The position numbers and the translations under genes were made by a program. A model generated the notes under the pieces. The model was not told where the DNA came from and did not search any database. It saw nothing but the letters and a program-made list of their open reading frames with translations. DNA of 29,061 bases from Pedosphaera sp. (GTDB lineage Bacteria; Verrucomicrobiota; Verrucomicrobiia; Limisphaerales; SIBH01): positions 1 through 29,061 of the forward strand of contig JANOQV010000198.1 in NCBI GenBank assembly GCA_031414955.1. The letters run 5' to 3'. Positions 24,327 to 29,061 of the stretch are shown in pieces. Positions within the stretch are counted from its first letter, which is position 1; each line of letters opens with the position of its first letter.

Positions 24327-26771
24327 TCACCGGCTGGCCGTTACGCTGGCGACGCTGCGCGGAGCGACTACGAGTTTGCCAACGGGTCGGCCGGCCGCAA
24401 AGAACTGCACCGTCTGTGGCTTCGCGCCTGGGTTCCACGCCACGAGGGTGCGCGTCTTCTTTGCGTCATTCACATAGACCATCGAGGTGGGGCTGTTGCC
24501 GTGGGCAGTCCAGTCCACGCGGCCCAATTCTTTGAGCACGCTGGCCTGGTAGTAGGTGGCCATCATCCACTCGTGGTGCGCGACTTTGTCGCCGGGTTCG
24601 GCCCAGAGCTTGTCGAGTTCGGCGACGGCGCGCGCGGCGTCGGCGTGCATGAGGAAGCCGAGGTGATAGCTGCCGAGTTCGCCGCCGAGCGTTTTGATGT
24701 CGGCAGGCTTCGGTGTGGTGCCTGGTTTTTTCGCGGCTTCCTTTTCCTCGAACGTCTTCAACTCGCGTTGCACGTCCGCGTAAGTCTTGGCGATGAACGT
24801 GCGGTCGCGATCATAGAACGCCATGTGGGGCGCGGACGGCAGCCACTGGATGCCGTAAATCCACGCCGGACTGGCGCTGAACCACGTTCCCCACACGATG
24901 CTGCCGCACCAAATCAATCCGCAACCATGGTGCGGGTAATTCTTCGGAAACACGTCGTCGTGCGGGTCGAACCAGTATTCGACATTCGCGCGCGTCTCGA
25001 ACGAGTAGCCCATCACGCCCGCCGCCGTGAGTTCTGCGTCACCGAGCGCTTCGCCGAGGAGAATCATCCCGGCCCAACTGTTCACGGCCTCGCCGGTGGA
25101 CTCCTGATTGTTGCCGTCGGGAAAACCTTTGCCATCGGCGAAGCTGTGGCCGCGCCAGAGATCGAAGGTGCGGAAGCGCGGGAAGCGCGCGTCGGTGCGG
25201 TCGTAGTTCGCATAGTTCTTCGCGACCAATCGCGCCATCTCGCCGTAGTGCGCGGCGAAGTCCGGCTGAAGCTGGCTGAGCAATCCGGCCGCATAGACGA
25301 AGTAGCCCTGATGAAAATGCGTGTCGGTGAAATGCTCCGAGCCGTAGGCCGCCGGGAAGCCGACCAGCCCCTTGTGCCGCGGATAGAAGGCGAAGAACTG
25401 CCCCGCCTCGCCGGGCGTGTAGGTGAGCCAGTTCTCCATCCCGCTGCGCAGTTTGCCGAGGATGAGTTCGAGCGACGGGTCCTTGGTCTGCGCCGCGATG
25501 AACGCTGCTTGCGCATAACGCCCGACCTCTTTGCCGCCCCAGTAGGTGTCGCCACCGAGATTCTTTTTCGGATCGGTGTAATGCTTCGCGAGCAACTCCT
25601 TCACCCGGGCACCGTCGAATGACTTTGCCGTGGGTGCGGGCAGGCTGGGCAGGATGCCGTTGAACGGATACGCGATGGTGAAGGTATCGCCCACGCCACA
25701 TTTCATCGGGCCGCGAATGGTCGTGTAGCCCGGCCCGCCGAGGTCGAGCTTCGCCGTGTTCTCGCGCCAGTGATGCGGGAGAAATCCCTGGATGATCTGC
25801 GTGCTCGCACCCGGCTTCAGCGGCTCCGCGATGACTTTCCAAGTCGTCGTGATAGTGCCTGCGTCACGGTTGTAATTCCACGAGAGCTGCGTGTCGCGCG
25901 GCACGGCGAAGGCGTGTTGATGAAACGCGGCGATGTCCTTCTCGCTGGGCAGCGGCGAGACGACGAGGAACGCGGCCTTCCCCGCGAACGTCACCGCGAT
26001 GCCGGCGGCGGTCTGCTCGAACTTCGTCCCGTCCGGTGCGAACACTCCGTAGGCGCGGCCTTCGTAAGTGAGGCCGAGCACGTCGCTGGTGACGGGCAAC
26101 GCCGCCGCCTTCCCGGCGAGGTCGAAGAACTTCGCCTTGTTCTTGCCGCGCGTGCCTTTGCCCTGCGTCCCGCCGAGCGCGAGGAGCGGCTTCACGCCCG
26201 TGAATTCGCACCACACCGCCGGCATTCCCTCGCCGAGCGTCACGTCCATGAACCGCGTGTCGCTCTCGAAGGAACGAAACGCCACCGTCCAGTCCGTCCA
26301 CGACTTCGCGCGCGAATCCACCGGCTTGAAGTCCTGGCCCGTGATGACCAGCGGGAACTCGGCAATCGAACGCACGCCATCGCCGCTGAACGTGGTCGGG
26401 TAGAAAATCTCCATGCCTTCCTTCGTCGCATCCACCTTGTGCGGCATGGCCCACAGCCCCGTGCCGAAATCTTTGAGCAGCAGATTTTGAAACCACTTGT
26501 TGCTCGGGATGGGCCGCCCGTCGTCCTTCACCAGATAGAGCTTCCGGCCTTCCACCTCCGCCACGCGGTCGATGTTTTTCTGCTTGTCGAACGAACTGCC
26601 GGGCGGCGGCGAGGCGGCGTAGGAGCCTTTGCCGACCGCGACCGGTTCCTGCGCGAGGACGGTGCTGCACAGGAGTTGGGAAAGGAGGAGAGCCGGGCCA
26701 AGGAGCTGCCTTGTCTGTTTCATTACGTTTTCGGTTTTTGGGAGCAACGCGAGATGGGCAACGGACTTCAT
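24327..26771 (-). CDS. GH81 endo-1,3-beta-glucanase-like protein
   Basis: DTYWGGK, FTDTHFHQGYF, RTFDLWRGHSFADG, NNQESTGEAVN and YGIQWLP; start 26771 (ATGA overlap) or 26723 (cleaner signal peptide). Confidence 0.87.
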   Translation of the reverse strand: MKSVAHLALLPKTENVMKQTRQLLGPALLLSQLLCSTVLAQEPVAVGKGSYAASPPPGSSFDKQKNIDRVAEVEGRKLYLVKDDGRPIPSNKWFQNLLLKDFGTGLWAMPHKVDATKEGMEIFYPTTFSGDGVRSIAEFPLVITGQDFKPVDSRAKSWTDWTVAFRSFESDTRFMDVTLGEGMPAVWCEFTGVKPLLALGGTQGKGTRGKNKAKFFDLAGKAAALPVTSDVLGLTYEGRAYGVFAPDGTKFEQTAAGIAVTFAGKAAFLVVSPLPSEKDIAAFHQHAFAVPRDTQLSWNYNRDAGTITTTWKVIAEPLKPGASTQIIQGFLPHHWRENTAKLDLGGPGYTTIRGPMKCGVGDTFTIAYPFNGILPSLPAPTAKSFDGARVKELLAKHYTDPKKNLGGDTYWGGKEVGRYAQAAFIAAQTKDPSLELILGKLRSGMENWLTYTPGEAGQFFAFYPRHKGLVGFPAAYGSEHFTDTHFHQGYFVYAAGLLSQLQPDFAAHYGEMARLVAKNYANYDRTDARFPRFRTFDLWRGHSFADGKGFPDGNNQESTGEAVNSWAGMILLGEALGDAELTAAGVMGYSFETRANVEYWFDPHDDVFPKNYPHHGCGLIWCGSIVWGTWFSASPAWIYGIQWLPSAPHMAFYDRDRTFIAKTYADVQRELKTFEEKEAAKKPGTTPKPADIKTLGGELGSYHLGFLMHADAARAVAELDKLWAEPGDKVAHHEWMMATYYQASVLKELGRVDWTAHGNSPTSMVYVNDAKKTRTLVAWNPGAKPQTVQFFAAGRPVGKLVVAPRSVASVTASR

Positions 26772-28633
26772 GGCGTGGTGATGTTCAACTGCGTGATGGT
26801 GCCCTTGAATGGTGCCTTCGCCGTGTAAGCGGCGACGGGTTTGCCGCTGTCGTGGCCGAGGCAGAATTCTTCGGCGGGCTGACGCGGGATGAGTGAGTCC
26901 GCTTTGCCGGTGACGGCGGGCTGATCGTTCACGATGAGGGTCATGGTGGCGTCGGGCGCGAGGACGGCGGTGATGCGCATGGGGCCGGTGATTTCGGATT
27001 TCGTGATCAGCTCGGTGAAGAAATCGTCAGCCCCGGTGCGCACGATAAAAGCGACGCGCCCTGCTTTCAGATGCAGCGCATAGCCCGCACTGACGCCGCC
27101 GTGGGCCAGCACCACGGCGTCCCGCTGTGCCGTCTCGACGGTGCAGGAAATGGTAAAGGCTTTCCCGGCAATCTGCGGCGCGGCGGAAGAGACGACGGCA
27201 TCGCCGGGTTTCAAAGTTTCGAGCGCGACCGGCTCGAGAACCTTGTCGGCTTCAGTGGGGTAAAGCGTCTGGGGATTTGCAGCCTCGCCAGCGGGACGTC
27301 GCGCCGTTGGATTCTTGCCGCCAATCTCGGCGTCCATCTTTGCCGCGAGCGCCTGGAGGCGGGCGACGACTTCGGGATGCTTCCCGGCGAGATTCGTCCG
27401 CTCGCCAATCTCCTGTTCGAGATTGTAGAGGCGCGGGGTTTGGTTGGTGGCGTCTTTCGCCACGCCATTGCCCATGCTTTCCGGCTGCGCTGCGATGGCG
27501 AGCTTCCACGGCCCCTGCCGCACGGCTTGAAGATTGTAGTTCGCAAAATAGTAATGCGCCTCGCGCTGCGACTGCGTGGTCTTGCCGAACAACAGCGGCG
27601 AAATATCACGGCCATCAATGACCGGTTCCGCAGGCACAGTGCCGCCCGCGAGTGCGACGGCGGTCGGAAGCAAGTCGATGGTTCCAGCAACGGCGTCGCA
27701 CACGCTGCCGGGGGCGATCTTTCCGGGCCACCACGCCAGCGTCGGCTCGCGCATGCCGCCTTCCCACGTGCTGCCCTTGCCGCCGCGCAGCGGGCCTGCG
27801 CTCCCGCCGTCGTCGCCTTTGATCAGCCACGGCCCGTTGTCGCTGGTGAAGACGACCAGCGTGCGTTCATCGAGCTTGAGTTCGCGCAGCGTGTCGAGCA
27901 CGCGGCCGACGCTCCAGTCCGCCTCCTCGACCCAGTCGCCGAAGCGGCCATTGGCAGATTTGCCGGCGAAGTTCGTTCCCGGATGAATCGGCGTGTGCAC
28001 CGCATTGTGCGCGAGGTAGAGCAGGAACGGACGCTCCTGGCTCTCGCGAATGAACTTCACCGCCTCATCCGTGTAACGTGCGACAAGGCGGGTCTGCTGT
28101 TCCTCGGTGAGCAACTCGACGACCTTGTCGTCACGCAGCAGCGGCACCACGCGCTGACCGGTCTCCTTCGACTTCTTCAGCATGTCGTTCGAGTACGGAA
28201 AACCGAAGTAGTGGTCGAAGCCCTGGCGCGTGGGCAGGAACTCCGGCTGATCGCCGACGTGCCATTTGCCAATCATCGTCGTGGCGTAGCCGCGCTCCTT
28301 CAACCGCTCCGCGATGGTGAACTCTTTCGGATTCAGCCCGTTCTTCCCGCCAGGAAAATACACGCCCGGCACGGACACGCGCGCGCCGTAGCAACCGGTC
28401 AGCAACTGCGCCCGCGACACCGAGCAGACCGGCGCGGCGTAGAACGACGTGAGCTTCATCCCCTCGCGCGCCATGCGGTCGAGGTGCGGCGTCCGCTGCT
28501 TCGTCGCGCCGAACGGCCCGATGTCCGCGTAGCCCATGTCGTCGATGAAGATGATGACGATGTTGGGTTTCGCGGCGACTGCGGCGTGCAGCGAAGCCAG
28601 CAGCAGAGCGAGTATAGTGAAGAATGATTTCAC
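26768..28633 (-). CDS. Formylglycine-dependent (S1) sulfatase with C-terminal LamG-like domain
   Basis: KPNIVIIFIDDMGYAD, CSVSRAQLLTG, GKWHVG, FTSDNGP and GGKGSTWEGGMREP; the signal peptide begins at GTG 28633, though the ORF is open to 28792. Confidence 0.92.
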   Translation of the reverse strand: MKSFFTILALLLASLHAAVAAKPNIVIIFIDDMGYADIGPFGATKQRTPHLDRMAREGMKLTSFYAAPVCSVSRAQLLTGCYGARVSVPGVYFPGGKNGLNPKEFTIAERLKERGYATTMIGKWHVGDQPEFLPTRQGFDHYFGFPYSNDMLKKSKETGQRVVPLLRDDKVVELLTEEQQTRLVARYTDEAVKFIRESQERPFLLYLAHNAVHTPIHPGTNFAGKSANGRFGDWVEEADWSVGRVLDTLRELKLDERTLVVFTSDNGPWLIKGDDGGSAGPLRGGKGSTWEGGMREPTLAWWPGKIAPGSVCDAVAGTIDLLPTAVALAGGTVPAEPVIDGRDISPLLFGKTTQSQREAHYYFANYNLQAVRQGPWKLAIAAQPESMGNGVAKDATNQTPRLYNLEQEIGERTNLAGKHPEVVARLQALAAKMDAEIGGKNPTARRPAGEAANPQTLYPTEADKVLEPVALETLKPGDAVVSSAAPQIAGKAFTISCTVETAQRDAVVLAHGGVSAGYALHLKAGRVAFIVRTGADDFFTELITKSEITGPMRITAVLAPDATMTLIVNDQPAVTGKADSLIPRQPAEEFCLGHDSGKPVAAYTAKAPFKGTITQLNITTP

Positions 28634-28788
28634 AGGATGTCTGGTTAGTGAGCGTGTTGAAAGGCGGCGTGACTTGATCGCGCTCTGGGCGATCTTCTGC
28701 ACCTGCACCGAGGTCGGGCCGATGACGGCTCCGTCCTTGCCCAGGCGGGCGCCGGTCAAAGTTTCGTTAGATCCCAACTCTGTCCCTT

Positions 28789-29061
28789 TCATGGATTGCT
28801 GGCGGGGCGTGCCGGGCGGCTGCGACCTGACGCCTTTGCTTCCTCAAGCAGTGTCTTCAGTTCTTTCACGAGTTCGGGGCGCTCGGCGTGGAGGTTCTTG
28901 GTTTCGCCGGGGTCGGTTTCCAGGTTGTAGAGTTGGGCGGGGGCGGTGTCGGGAGTGTGGAAGGGTTTGAGGCCGGGATTGTTTTCGTAGTTGTTTCCGC
29001 CGGAGCCGGGGTGGTCGAGGTATTTCCAGGGGCCGCGGCGGATGGAGAGCGTCTGCGCGCC
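28789..29061 (-). CDS. 3' end of a second sulfatase (partial; runs off the window)
   Basis: Manual translation GAQTLSIRRGPWKYLDHPGSGGN...AQLYNLETDPGETKNLHAERPELVKELKTLL...SNP* is a typical sulfatase C-terminus; absent from the ORF track. Confidence 0.85.
   Translation of the reverse strand, partial: GAQTLSIRRGPWKYLDHPGSGGNNYENNPGLKPFHTPDTAPAQLYNLETDPGETKNLHAERPELVKELKTLLEEAKASGRSRPARPASNP

Noticed and set aside
13100..28627. Long plus-strand ORFs (e.g. 15533-17137, 18110-19468, 22906-24477, 27071-28627)
   Set aside because: Same antisense shadow effect opposite the giant protein, the glycoside hydrolases and the sulfatase.

Overview
High-GC bacterial DNA whose gene style suggests Verrucomicrobiota (Pedosphaera/Limisphaera-like); the taxon is my inference. 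The left 9.4 kb holds a plus-strand thioesterase and a tightly packed minus-strand run: yicC, gmk, stand-alone coaC, membrane sensor kinase, sigma-54 response regulator, small membrane protein, hpnD, hpnK, DMT transporter and a CaCA-fold transporter. The centre has a coupled discoidin-domain protein and TIGR03663-like GT-C glycosyltransferase, converging on a ~2,325-aa exported LTD/PA14/CotH-kinase protein. HU, a NIL-domain protein, a MoaD/ThiS-like protein and an exported purple acid phosphatase follow. The right end is a glycan-degradation run (two sulfatases, GH81, GH39). Best leads: (1) a ~70-aa C-terminal domain ending F[FY]R-x4 shared by the exported kinase and phosphatase, both Thr-Asn rich and near a GT-C enzyme, suggesting an undescribed sorting/glycosylation system; (2) a ~140-bp palindromic element in frame inside the glycosyltransferase; (3) 7-bp repeat tracts at gene junctions, including an inverted pair with a perfect (G4T3)3G4 tract. 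No tRNA, rRNA, CRISPR array or transposase was seen. Counts are manual and family calls rest on motif recognition, not searches.
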